Source of the DNA: an uncultured Chloroflexia bacterium
GTDB lineage: Bacteria > Chloroflexota > Anaerolineae > CG2-30-64-16
Length of the DNA stretch: 64,000 nt
NCBI GenBank assembly: GCA_963810095.1
Contig: CAWEMM010000006.1
Location: 1,728,001-1,792,000 of the forward strand
Direction of reading: 5' to 3'
Shown here: positions 10,621 through 20,120 of the stretch, one piece after another
How the letters are laid out: every line of letters begins with the position of its first letter
Numbering within the stretch: position 1 is the stretch's first letter
Notes under the pieces: generated by a model
What the model saw: only the letters and a program-made list of their open reading frames with translations
Told to the model about the DNA's origin: nothing
The model's database searches: none
Translations under genes and position numbers: made by a program

Positions 10621-10660
10621 CTCGACCCTCAGACGGCAGCTGCTGCGGCCTGCACCTTGC

Positions 10661-10692
10661 ACGCCGGTCTCCCATGGGAGACCGGCGTTTTC
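10661..10692 (+). terminator. Rho-independent terminator
   Basis: ACGCCGGTCTCCCATGGGAGACCGGCGTTTT. Confidence 0.75.
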
Positions 10693-10693
10693 G

Positions 10694-10722
10694 TTGACCC
10701 CCCTCCCTGTCTGTGTTAGAAT
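10694..10722 (+). promoter_or_regulatory. Promoter of pfkB-parA-parB
   Basis: TTGACC-17 bp-TAGAAT with extended TG. Confidence 0.6.
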
Positions 10723-10781
10723 CGCGGGGCTGTAGGCCGCGCACGCAGCATACGGGCGACTCTATCGGGACGGAGTGAAAG

Positions 10782-11675
10782 TTGGACATCAATTTCCTCA
10801 CGGTTGGCAACCTCACGCGCGATACCACACCCGAAGGATTCCGCCTCGGTGGCACCGTTTCTTTCGCAGCATTGACCGCCCGCAACCTGGGTTGGCGGCC
10901 CGGAATGCTCACCCGCGCCTCGCTCGACGGGCTCATGCCGGGCGAGCCGGGGCCCGACGGGCTGATTCGCACGACCGGCCTGCCCGACACCTTGCTGGCC
11001 GGCATCCCAATCTTCGTCGAGCCTTCGCCGGTCACCACGACGTTTACCAACATCTATGCCCCCCAGGGCCGGACGCAGTACATCACGGCGGTCGCCCCGC
11101 CCGTGACACCCGACGGGCTGCCGCGCGAGTGGTCCGACGTGCCGGTCGTGCTGCTCGGCTCGATTGCGCGCGAACTGCCGCTGCAATGGGCTGCGGAGTT
11201 CCCAACCGCGCTGATGGGGATTGCGCCGCAGGGCCTGATGCGACGCTGGGATGAGGACGGCCTCGTGACCCACGGGCGATGGGACGACGGGGGCCTGTTC
11301 GTGCGCCGTTGCGACGTCGTCTTTCTGAGCCGTGAAGATGTGAGCGGCGACGACGGCTACATCGCCGAGCTAGCAGCCCAGACCCGTTTGCTGGTCGTGA
11401 CCGACGGTTATCACGGCGCGACGGTCTATCTCGAAGGACGGGCCACAGCAATCCCGCCCCGGCGCGCTCGTGAGGTCGACCCGACCGGCGCGGGCGACGT
11501 GTTCGCCACCTCGTTCCTGATCCGTTACGCCGAGACGCGCGATCCGTTCATCGCCGCCCGCTTCGCCAACATCGCCGCGTCGATGTCCGTGGAGGCGACG
11601 GGTGCGGACGCCATCCCCGTGCGTGCGGTGGTGGAGCGCTGGGTCGAAGCCGAGTCTCTGGTAGGGCAAGCGTAA
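10782..11675 (+). CDS. PfkB family carbohydrate kinase
   Basis: C-terminal VDPTGAGDVF signature and N-terminal LGGTVSF. Confidence 0.9.
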   Translation: MDINFLTVGNLTRDTTPEGFRLGGTVSFAALTARNLGWRPGMLTRASLDGLMPGEPGPDGLIRTTGLPDTLLAGIPIFVEPSPVTTTFTNIYAPQGRTQYITAVAPPVTPDGLPREWSDVPVVLLGSIARELPLQWAAEFPTALMGIAPQGLMRRWDEDGLVTHGRWDDGGLFVRRCDVVFLSREDVSGDDGYIAELAAQTRLLVVTDGYHGATVYLEGRATAIPPRRAREVDPTGAGDVFATSFLIRYAETRDPFIAARFANIAASMSVEATGADAIPVRAVVERWVEAESLVGQA

Positions 11676-11677
11676 CC

Positions 11678-12497
11678 GTGGCCCGCGTCTATGCCTTTGC
11701 GAACCAGAAGGGCGGCGTCGGCAAGACCACGACCGCGGTCAACCTGAGCGCGTGCCTGGCGCAGGCGGGCTGCCGTATCCTGCTGGTGGACGCTGACCCC
11801 CAGGCGAACGCGACCAGCAGCCTGGGCGCCGAGCCGAACGGGCTTCACACCTCGCTGTACGATGTTTTGATCCGGCGACACGCGGCCTCCGATAACATCA
11901 TCCCTACCACGCACGAAGGACTGGACCTTCTGCCAAGCGCGCCTGCGCTGGCCGGGGCGGAGGTCGAGATGGTTTCGGTGCTCGCGCCGCGAATATCTGC
12001 TGCGGCGCGCACTCGAACCGGTCCTCGGGCGCTACACGCACGTGCTGATCGACTGCCCGCCAAGCCTGGGGCTGCTGACGGTGAATGCGCTATCGGCCGC
12101 TGCGGACGGGGTAATGGTGCCCATCCAGTGCGAGTACCTGGCGCTCGAAGGACTGGGCCGGTTGTGGCACACGGTTCAGATGGTGCGTGAGAACCTGAAT
12201 CCGCAGCTCTTTATCACGGGCATGATCCTGACGATGTACGATCCGCGGACGAATCTCTCGGACCAGGTGGTGGGCGAGGTCCGCAACCACTTTCCCGATC
12301 AGACATTCCGGACGGTCATTCCGCGCAGCGTGCGGCTGAGCGAGGCGCCCAGCTACGGCAAGACGATCCTGCAGTATGCACCGCAGTCGGCCGGCGCGCG
12401 TGCGTACGCGGCCCTGGCGGCGGAGTTGCTCGATCGCGAGGGTGGCGTGCTGCCCGTGTCCGAGGGCGCGGCCCTGCCGGCGGGCCGAGCGGGCTAG
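11678..12497 (+). CDS. parA: ParA/Soj partitioning ATPase (frameshift near 11986, probably a sequencing error)
   Basis: ANQKGGVGKTT and DADPQAN in the first frame; LIDCPPSLG and IPRSVRLSEAPSYG in the second frame. Confidence 0.9.
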
Positions 12498-12502
12498 AAG
12501 GG

Positions 12503-13399
12503 ATGAGTGCCATGAGCGCACAATCACGCGGACTGGGCAAGGGCCTCGGCGCATTGATCCCGACGGGCGGCCCGGAAACTGGACCGGCGGCAGACAGCGG
12601 GTTCCTGACTGTGCCCGTGGCGGACATTGTCCCAAATCCGCGGCAGCCGCGCACGCGCATGGATCCCGAGTCGCTGGCCGAGTTGGCCGAGTCGATCAAG
12701 GAGCACGGGCTGATCCAGCCGCTGATCGTCACTCGAGCCGGCCCGTCGTCTCGTGCCCCCTATCAGTTGATCGCCGGCGAACGGCGCTGGCGGGCCGCCC
12801 AGATTGCGGGCCTGCAGACCGTGCCGGTCCTACTCAAGGAGGCCACTCCCCAGCAGTTCCTCGAGTTGGCCCTGGTGGAGAACATCCAGCGCGCCGATTT
12901 GAACCCCCTGGAAGAAGCGGAAGCCTATCAGGCGCTGATGAGCGATTTCACGCTCAACCAGCAGCAGGTGGCCGACCGAGTGGGGAAGAGCCGGGTGGCG
13001 GTGGCCAACACGCTGCGCCTGCTGCGACTCCCCGAACGGGTGAAGGGGCTGCTGGCGAGCGGGGAACTGACCGAGGGCCATGCCAGGGCGCTTTTGGGCC
13101 TGTCTGACGACGAAGCCATCCTGCAGGCTGCCGGGGTGGTGGTGAGCCGCGGGCTGAGCGTGCGCCAGACCGAAGAGCTCGTGCGCCGGCTGGCCGAGGC
13201 CAAGCCGCAGGACGAAGCGGCCGAGGGTGAGGGGGATGACCCTGACCGTGCCTATACCGATCGTCTCGAGCAGGCGTTCCGAGGCGCGCTGGGCACAAAG
13301 GTCGCGCTGACGCGCGGGCGCAAGGGCGGGCGGTTGGTGATCTCGTTCTACTCGGACGAGGAACTCCAAAGCATTTACGAGCAGATCGTGGGCGAATAA
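12503..13399 (+). CDS. parB: ParB/Spo0J partitioning protein
   Basis: GLGKGLGALI, PNPRQPR, IAGERRWRA, ENIQRADLNPLEEA and HTH. Confidence 0.95.
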   Translation: MSAMSAQSRGLGKGLGALIPTGGPETGPAADSGFLTVPVADIVPNPRQPRTRMDPESLAELAESIKEHGLIQPLIVTRAGPSSRAPYQLIAGERRWRAAQIAGLQTVPVLLKEATPQQFLELALVENIQRADLNPLEEAEAYQALMSDFTLNQQQVADRVGKSRVAVANTLRLLRLPERVKGLLASGELTEGHARALLGLSDDEAILQAAGVVVSRGLSVRQTEELVRRLAEAKPQDEAAEGEGDDPDRAYTDRLEQAFRGALGTKVALTRGRKGGRLVISFYSDEELQSIYEQIVGE

Positions 13400-13412
13400 A
13401 CGCTTGCGATCG

Positions 13413-13445
13413 AGAAACCGGGTTTCCGCCAGAAACCCGGTTTCT
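13413..13445. repeat. REP-like palindrome, family C (AGAAACCGGGTTTC...GAAACCCGGTTTCT)
   Basis: Inverted repeat with related copies at 38171-38235, 39071-39085 and 51198-51226. Confidence 0.65.
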
Positions 13446-13466
13446 TTATAGTTTGATGAGGAAGCA

Positions 13467-15102
13467 ATGCAACTTTACGCTGACGTACTGTTCACCGGGG
13501 GCCGGGCCTACACAGCCGACCCAGCAAGGCCCCCGTTGGGCCGAGGCGGTCGCCGTTCGTGACGGGCGCATCCTGGCCCTTGGCCGGGCCGCCGAGCTGG
13601 CCGAGCTGCGCGGGCCGAAGACCGAGGTCGTGGACCTGGCGGGCCGGGTGCTGCTGCCCGGCTTCACCGAAAGCCATCTTCATTTCATCGAGCTGGCCCT
13701 GCGCGCGTCGCAGGTAGATGTGACCTATGCACCTTCGGCTGCGGCCGCGGTCGCCGCCGTCGCAGACCGGGCCCGCACCATGCGTGGTGCAGGGGCGGGC
13801 GAGAATACCTGGCTGCGCGGGGGCGGCTGGAACGAAAACATCTGGACAGATGCGAAGCCCCATCGCCGTTTGCTGGACGAGGTCGCGCCCGAGATTCCCG
13901 TGGCCCTGGACAGCAAGGAATTGCACGCCGTTTGGGCGAACAGCGCCGCGCTGCGCCGGGCGGGCATCACCCGAGACACGATGGACGTGGCGGGAGGCGT
14001 GATCGAGCGAGATGCGGACGGGGAACCTACGGGCGTGCTGCGTGAGAACGCCTGGGACCTCTTGACCCGCGTCGTCCCCCAGCCCGGCCTGGCAGAAACC
14101 ACGGCCGCGGTCCGGGCAGCCATCCCCGACCTCTGGCGCACGGGCATCGTGGCCTTTCACAACGCCAACGACACGTGCGACGGCCTCGCCTTCCGCACTT
14201 ACCAGGAGCTGAAGCGCCGCGGGGAACTGGGCGTGCGGGTGCTGCAGCAAATCCCTGTGTGCAACCTCGAGCACGCGGCTGCACTGGGCTTGCGCAGCGG
14301 GCTGGGCGACGCGTATCTGCGGGTCGGCGGGATCAAGATGTTCGCCGACGGTGCGTTGGGCAGCCGGACGGCCAGTATGCTGCAGCCCTACGAAGGCGCG
14401 TCGCAGGGAGACGGCGCGGCCCAGTGGGGCGTAGTGGCCATGGACCCGGAGGAGATGCTCGAGGCCGCGCTGCAGGCGGGCCGGGCCGGGCTCGGCCTCA
14501 CCATCCATGCGATTGGCGATCGAGCAAACCGCGACGTGCTAAATATCCTGGCCGAAGTGCGGGCGCAAGAGGCCGGGTTGCACCTGCGCCATCGCATCGA
14601 GCACGTGCAGTGCATCGACGACGAGGATTTGCCCCGGCTGGCGCAGCTCGACGTCCTCGCCTCGGTGCAGCCGATCCATGCGACGTCGGACATGCTCATC
14701 GTGGACAAGTACTGGGGTCCCCGCCGCGCGCCTGGCGCCTACGCGTTCCGCCGCCTGCTCGACTCGGGCGCGCGCCTGGTTTTCGGATCGGACGGTCCCA
14801 TCGAGCCCCATGATCCGCTGATCGGCATTCACGCCGCGGTCACCCGCCGGCGGGCGGATGGCACGCCGGGGCCCGACGGATGGCAGGGTCAGGAACGAAT
14901 CACGGTGGCAGAAGCGGTCGATGCATACACCTACTGGCCGGCCTACGCCGCGGGCGAGGAGAGCTACCGTGGCAGTATCACGCCGGGGAAGGTGGCCGAC
15001 CTGGTTGTGCTGGCCCAGGACATCTTCCAGATCGATCCGATGCAGATCTGTGACGTACGGGTGGACATGACGGTGATTGACGGGAAGGCAGTATCAGAAT
15101 AG
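13467..15102 (+). CDS. YtcJ-like amidohydrolase (Amidohydro_3; frameshift in the C run near 13530)
   Basis: PGFTESHLH, KMFADGALGSRTA, IHAIGDRA, RIEHVQ and FGSDGP. The family-typical N-terminus MQLYADVLFTGGRAYTADPARP starts at 13467 in another frame, after a GAGGAAG RBS. Confidence 0.88.
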
Positions 15103-15191
15103 GACGCAGATTGAACTGATTGGACTGATTCGCATGATCTTTCGAACGAAATCAGGAAGATCAGTCCGATCGCTTGAATCTGCGTCCTATT
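15098..15191. repeat. Palindromic element with 9-nt periodicity, family A
   Basis: 15-bp perfect terminal inverted repeats AATAGGACGCAGATT/AATCTGCGTCCTATT; partial copies at about 21948-21987 and 47732-47800. Confidence 0.7.
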
Positions 15192-15197
15192 ATCAAT

Positions 15198-17132
15198 TCA
15201 CCTCAGCACGCGCTCGTCGCCCACGCGTTTGGTGATCTTTAGCTCGTCCAGGCGCTCCATGAGGGCGAGCGTGTACTTGCGGCTGGTGCCGAACTCGTCA
15301 CGCACCTGGGCCACGGTCATGCTACCGTGGGCCCGGATGGTCTCCGTGATCCCCTTGACCATCGCATCATAAGTCTCGCGCAGCAGCAGCACGTCTTCGC
15401 TCAACCGGACGAGGACACCCTGATGCATCAGCGCGCTTAGCAACTCCCCGTCGGTCATGGCCAGGCTCTCGGCCATGGAGGGGGGCGTGGCGGGCTGCTT
15501 GCGAAAGGCCGCCAGCAGGTTGTTGACCTTCGCCTGTTGCGCGGGTGTGAACGTAATCTGGTGGTCTGGCCGTGCGAGGAAGTCGCCCCTCTCGACGAGG
15601 TAGCTCTCCGCGAGTGCACGGGTGACCAACTCATTGAAGAGCTTCGCAGGCCACTTCTCGCGGCCTTGCACCCGGCCCTTGAGTTCCTCGCGGCCCATGC
15701 CGGGACGTAAGGGAAACTGGGTGTGGTATTCGGCGAGCACGTCGGCCATGCGGGCAGCCAGCGAACGCCAGCCGCCGAGGGAAATAACCGGCGCCTGGCT
15801 GCGTGCAAAGGGCGCTTGGAGTGCGCCGAGCGGGATTAGCTCGCCGCTCGCCAGCATGGCGGCCGCGACTTGCTCGCCGGTTGCTGCGTCGAGGCCCGAC
15901 GCGTCGACGGCGGCCTTGAGCGGACCGGGCTCGACGCGCGCGAGCGCATGCAGGAGGAGGTCTTCGGGCGTGCCACGGGCGAGCGTTTCGAGCTGCTCGA
16001 TGATGTCGGGCTGGAAGCGGCGCCAGCGTCGTGCGGGGTGAGGGTTCACGACGATCCCGCCGCCGACGGTCAGGCTGGGCGAGGGCTGGCGCACAATAAA
16101 GCGGTCGCCCGGTGCCAGGGTCACGGGCGCCTCGAGAACGAGCTGAGCCCAGCCGCTCTGCCCGGACGTCAGTTTTTCGGCGTCCAGCAGCCGGACGCGT
16201 GCCGGCACCTCCGCCGCGCCGCTGAAGAAATCGACCCGGTCGCTGTGCTCGAGATCTGCTTGCCAGCCCCCCACCCGTACGAGGCGCATCTGGACGTCGA
16301 CCAGCGCGGTCGATCGCAGCGCGCCGGGACGGGCTACCACCATGCCACGCCGCAGGTCGTCGGGATGGACGCCGGTGAGGTTGATGGCGAGCCGGCTGCC
16401 GGGAAGGCCGATATCGACGGCACGCTTGTGCGTCTGCATCCCGCGTACCCGGGCGCGCAAGCCCGCGGGCAGGATTTCGACCTCATCTCCTACCCGGAAC
16501 TGTCCATCGCTCAGTGTGCCGGTGACGACGGTGCCGAAGCCGGCAATGGTGAAGATGCGGTCGATGGGGAGGCGCGGCGCGCCCTTGTCGCGGCGGGGAG
16601 GCACGGTGGCGAGTGCGTCGGCCAGGGCCTGTTTCAGCCGGGCAAGGCCGCTGCCGGTGCGGGCAGAGACGGGGATAATCGGGGCATGGCCCAGCTGCGT
16701 GCCCTGCAGGGCCCCGGCCACATCCGCTTCGATCAGCTCGAGCCAACCCTCCTCGGTCACCGCGTCGGTCTTCGTCAGTGCGACGACGCCGGCCGGCACC
16801 TGGAGCAGATCGAGAATCGCGAGATGCTCGCGGGTTTGGGGCATGACGCCCTCGTCGGCCGCCACGACAAAGAGGGTGGCATCGATGCCGCCGACGCCGG
16901 CCAGCATGTTCTTGATGAAGTCGATGTGGCCGGGTACGTCGATGACGCCGACCATGTCGCCGCTCGTCTCGGCGCCCGCGGCCGGCGGCAGCGCCAGCCA
17001 CGCGAAGCCGAGGTCGATGGTCATCTCCCGTTCTTTTTCCTCACGCAGCCGGTCCGGATCGATGCCGGTGAGGGCGAGAACGAGGGTAGACTTGCCGTGA
17101 TCGACGTGCCCGGCCGTGCCGATAACCCGCAT
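15198..17132 (-). CDS. selB: Selenocysteine-specific elongation factor
   Basis: IGTAGHVDHGKST, DVPGH and MPQTREH; C-terminal winged helix FGTSRKYTL. Confidence 0.95.
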   Translation of the reverse strand: MRVIGTAGHVDHGKSTLVLALTGIDPDRLREEKEREMTIDLGFAWLALPPAAGAETSGDMVGVIDVPGHIDFIKNMLAGVGGIDATLFVVAADEGVMPQTREHLAILDLLQVPAGVVALTKTDAVTEEGWLELIEADVAGALQGTQLGHAPIIPVSARTGSGLARLKQALADALATVPPRRDKGAPRLPIDRIFTIAGFGTVVTGTLSDGQFRVGDEVEILPAGLRARVRGMQTHKRAVDIGLPGSRLAINLTGVHPDDLRRGMVVARPGALRSTALVDVQMRLVRVGGWQADLEHSDRVDFFSGAAEVPARVRLLDAEKLTSGQSGWAQLVLEAPVTLAPGDRFIVRQPSPSLTVGGGIVVNPHPARRWRRFQPDIIEQLETLARGTPEDLLLHALARVEPGPLKAAVDASGLDAATGEQVAAAMLASGELIPLGALQAPFARSQAPVISLGGWRSLAARMADVLAEYHTQFPLRPGMGREELKGRVQGREKWPAKLFNELVTRALAESYLVERGDFLARPDHQITFTPAQQAKVNNLLAAFRKQPATPPSMAESLAMTDGELLSALMHQGVLVRLSEDVLLLRETYDAMVKGITETIRAHGSMTVAQVRDEFGTSRKYTLALMERLDELKITKRVGDERVLR

Positions 17133-17139
17133 CCCGGCC

Positions 17140-18330
17140 TCAGGCTTCCGGCTTAGGCCGCGCTCCGAGCGCTGCGCCGACCGCGTCCACCAGCCGTTGT
17201 GAGCTCTGGATTTGAGCCGCGCCTAACGCTTCGTGCAGCCGCCAGACCGCTTCGAGGTCGCGCTGCAGGATGGCTAACTGCTTTTCCATCGGCGGGAACC
17301 GCTCGGCAAGCTTCTGGTTGACCTTGGACTGCTCCTGGATCGAGTAATCCCAGCGCAGGCTCTCTTTCTTCCAGCGCTGCTCGTTTTCTGCCTGCCAATC
17401 CGCGAGCTCTTTGCGCTGCCGCTCTTCGGCCAGGCGTTGAAGCTCCGACACCTGCCTCTGATCGCGGAGCAGGGAGGCCTGGAACTCTTCGATCGCCTTG
17501 AGCGACCGGCCCGCCTGTTCGTACCGCGCTTCGAACTCGCGCAAGCGCACGATCTGCTTCTCGACGAGGGTCTTTTGCTCCTGGATCGCCTGTTCCCAGA
17601 GGCCCATCTGCCTGTCGCGCTCGACGTCGGAGAGCTTCTGACTCTCGATGAAGGTCTTTTGGTCCTGGTAGAGCTGCTCGGGGATGGGCTGGATCTTCTG
17701 CAGGTCCTTCTCGAGACGCTGCAGCCGTTCTTCGCTCACCGTTACTCGGGCCGAGGTTGCATCGGTCCGCTTGAGCAACTCCGTATTTTCACCCTGAAGC
17801 TGCGCGATGCGCTTGTTGTCCGCCGCGCGCTGCTCGATCATGTACGGCAGGCTGCGGGTCCGCTCGTCGAGATCTTTCGTGATGTTGTTGACGGCGACGC
17901 GCTGCGCCAGCGCCATCTCGCCCAGCCGTTGATCCTCGGCCTGGCGCGTCACAAGCTCTTCCTCAATCCGGCCCAGGCGCGTCAGTTCTTTGCGCACCTC
18001 TGCGATCCCGCGGCCCAGGGCTTCGCGGTCGGTGATGCGGGCGCGTTCGGCGTCGCGCTCGGCATTCAGGCGGGCTTCGGTCTGCTTGTCGAGCAGCACC
18101 ACCACTTCTCCCTTGAGCTGCTGCAGCGCCTGTTCGAGTTGGGTGAAGCGCGTGAGCTGCGCGTGGGTGCTGGCGAGGCGGCTTTCCAGGTCCTGGATGC
18201 GCCGCGATTGTTCCTGCTTCTCGATGGCCATGTTTTGCAGACGTTGATCCAGCCGCGCAAGCTCTTCGCGATCGCGGCGGTGCTCTTCGTCCAGCCAGGT
18301 CACCATTTGGCTTAGTTGCGTGAGGTCCAT
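17140..18330 (-). CDS. Long coiled-coil hypothetical protein
   Basis: 396 aa, Glu/Gln/Arg/Leu-rich with heptad pattern; tightly spaced between phoU and selB. Confidence 0.8.
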   Translation of the reverse strand: MDLTQLSQMVTWLDEEHRRDREELARLDQRLQNMAIEKQEQSRRIQDLESRLASTHAQLTRFTQLEQALQQLKGEVVVLLDKQTEARLNAERDAERARITDREALGRGIAEVRKELTRLGRIEEELVTRQAEDQRLGEMALAQRVAVNNITKDLDERTRSLPYMIEQRAADNKRIAQLQGENTELLKRTDATSARVTVSEERLQRLEKDLQKIQPIPEQLYQDQKTFIESQKLSDVERDRQMGLWEQAIQEQKTLVEKQIVRLREFEARYEQAGRSLKAIEEFQASLLRDQRQVSELQRLAEERQRKELADWQAENEQRWKKESLRWDYSIQEQSKVNQKLAERFPPMEKQLAILQRDLEAVWRLHEALGAAQIQSSQRLVDAVGAALGARPKPEA

Positions 18331-18342
18331 GGGGAGATTCCC

Positions 18343-18999
18343 TTAATCGTTAAGGTCAACAACCGCGTTCGTCGCCAGAAAGATGACGCGTTCGCCGATG
18401 TTGGTGGTGCGGTCTGCGAAGCGCTCCAGGTTGTGCGCCACCCAGAGCAGGTACGTCGCGCGGGTGATCGTGCGCGGGTCGGTCATCATGAAGACCAGGA
18501 GCTCGCGGAAAACCTGGTCGTTCAGCTGGTCGACCTCGTTGTCCCGGAGGGCCAGGGTGCGTGCAGCTTCGGGGTCGACGCGAATGAAGGCGTCAATCTG
18601 GCCCATCAGAAGCTCGCGCCCGATTTCGGCCATGCGCGGCACGTCGATGAGGGGCTTCAGGAGGGGCTGGTCGGCCAGCCGTTGTGCCAGGACGGCTATG
18701 CCCTTGGCATGATCCGCCATGCGCTCGAGCTCCGAAGCAATCATCGACATGGCGAAGATCATCCGGAGGTCTCGTGCCACGGGTTGCTGGCTTGCGATAA
18801 GCGTCAGGCAAGCCTCTTCGATGTCCCGCTGGGCGTGATTGACCTGCTGGTCGCGTGCGACGAGCTCTTTGGCGAGCGGTTCGTCGTGCTCGGCCAACGC
18901 CTTCACGGCTTGTTCCTGCAGCTTATTAACCATGGTGGCCAGGTTGACGAGCTTCTCTTGAACCTCGAGCAGTTGCAGATCGAATTTCTGGCGAGTCAC
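18343..18999 (-). CDS. phoU: Phosphate signalling protein PhoU
   Basis: QQPVARDLR, ELERMADHA and NLERFADRTTNI duplicated repeats. Confidence 0.93.
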   Translation of the reverse strand: MTRQKFDLQLLEVQEKLVNLATMVNKLQEQAVKALAEHDEPLAKELVARDQQVNHAQRDIEEACLTLIASQQPVARDLRMIFAMSMIASELERMADHAKGIAVLAQRLADQPLLKPLIDVPRMAEIGRELLMGQIDAFIRVDPEAARTLALRDNEVDQLNDQVFRELLVFMMTDPRTITRATYLLWVAHNLERFADRTTNIGERVIFLATNAVVDLND

Positions 19000-19181
19000 G
19001 TCTTGGCTCCTTCACGCGCCCGAGCTGGGGACAGGGCGCATTATAGCATCCTTTGGTCGCGACGTGAAGTCATGCTAAGATATTCGGACCACAGTGGTAT
19101 TCCCGCTCGTCCGCCTGCCAGGCACAGCGGAGCAGGTGGCCGAGAGCGCAAAGGGAATGAGTAATCGAAGGGGTGAGTTGA

Positions 19182-19837
19182 ATGAGACCGACACTGGCCG
19201 TAATCCACGTCGATATTGCCGCAGGTGAGGACGAACTCGCGCGTGCGAGCGGCTGTTTGAGAGCCTGGCCGCGCACCATAACCCGTGCCTGACCGTGCTG
19301 TGGGTGAACTGGCTGCGCGAGCGGGCGGACCTGCGAGTGGTTTGCCTCATCGAAGACCTGGAGCTGTTCGACGATTTCCTGGTCAAGGTGATTCGTACGG
19401 CGCCGGGCGTGCGGGGCACGACTGCCCAGCTGGCCTTCGACGGCGTGGTGCGCAGCGAAGCCTTGATGGACCTGTCCATGCTAAACAGCGGGTGGGATCG
19501 CCGGGCTGCCGCCACGGTGCAGGTCAAGCTGCAGCCGGGCCGCGACGACGAGGCTTACGACGCGCTTTGCCGCCTGCCGGCCCATGAAATGGTCGACGTC
19601 GTCTGGGTGTTGAAGGTGTTTCATTCCCACGATGCCGATCTGCAGCTGCTGCTATTGAGCGAACGCACTGCGGCCCTCACCGGGTATGTCATGAGCTGGA
19701 TCCGGACGGTGCCCGGCGTGCTGGACACCAACCTGACCACTGTTCTGGACTGGCGGATTTTGGGCCAGACAGAAGCGTTCGTGAGCGTGTGCGAACGATT
19801 CCCCGAACCAGCGCCGGTCGCGGCGGCAGGAGACTGA
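19182..19837 (+). CDS. Protein with two Lrp/AsnC ligand-binding-like domains and no HTH (frameshift near 19240)
   Basis: Internal duplication (IRTAPGVRGT / IRTVPGVLDT). N-terminus MRPTLAVIHVDIAAG begins at ATG 19182 in a different frame. Confidence 0.6.
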
Positions 19838-19838
19838 G

Positions 19839-20120
19839 ATGTTGGCGATTACGTGTGACAAGTGCCGGCGCCGCTACACGGCTACGGATGAGGAACTGCG
19901 GGTCTACCTGCACGAAGCGGAGGGCAAGAAGTTCGCCCAGGTGCTCTGCCCCCACTGCGGCAAGGCCAACAAGGTGGCGGCCGACCGCATGCACCAAGCC
20001 TTGCGCTTCGCACCCGCTCCCGCCGAAGCTCCCGCGGCCGCGGCCCCTGTGGCAGACGCGCCGGCCGCTGAAACCCACGAGCCTGAAGGCCCGACCGAGG
20101 AAGTGAATCCCCCGGCATGA
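19839..20120 (+). CDS. Small zinc-ribbon protein
   Basis: CDKC...CPHCG with Ala/Pro/Glu tail; stop overlaps the next start. Confidence 0.75.
   Translation: MLAITCDKCRRRYTATDEELRVYLHEAEGKKFAQVLCPHCGKANKVAADRMHQALRFAPAPAEAPAAAAPVADAPAAETHEPEGPTEEVNPPA

Noticed and set aside
15198-17132. Selenoproteins (in-frame UGA) or selC near selB
   Set aside because: The gene breaks examined are indels, not UGA codons. No tRNA-Sec or SECIS element was recognised.
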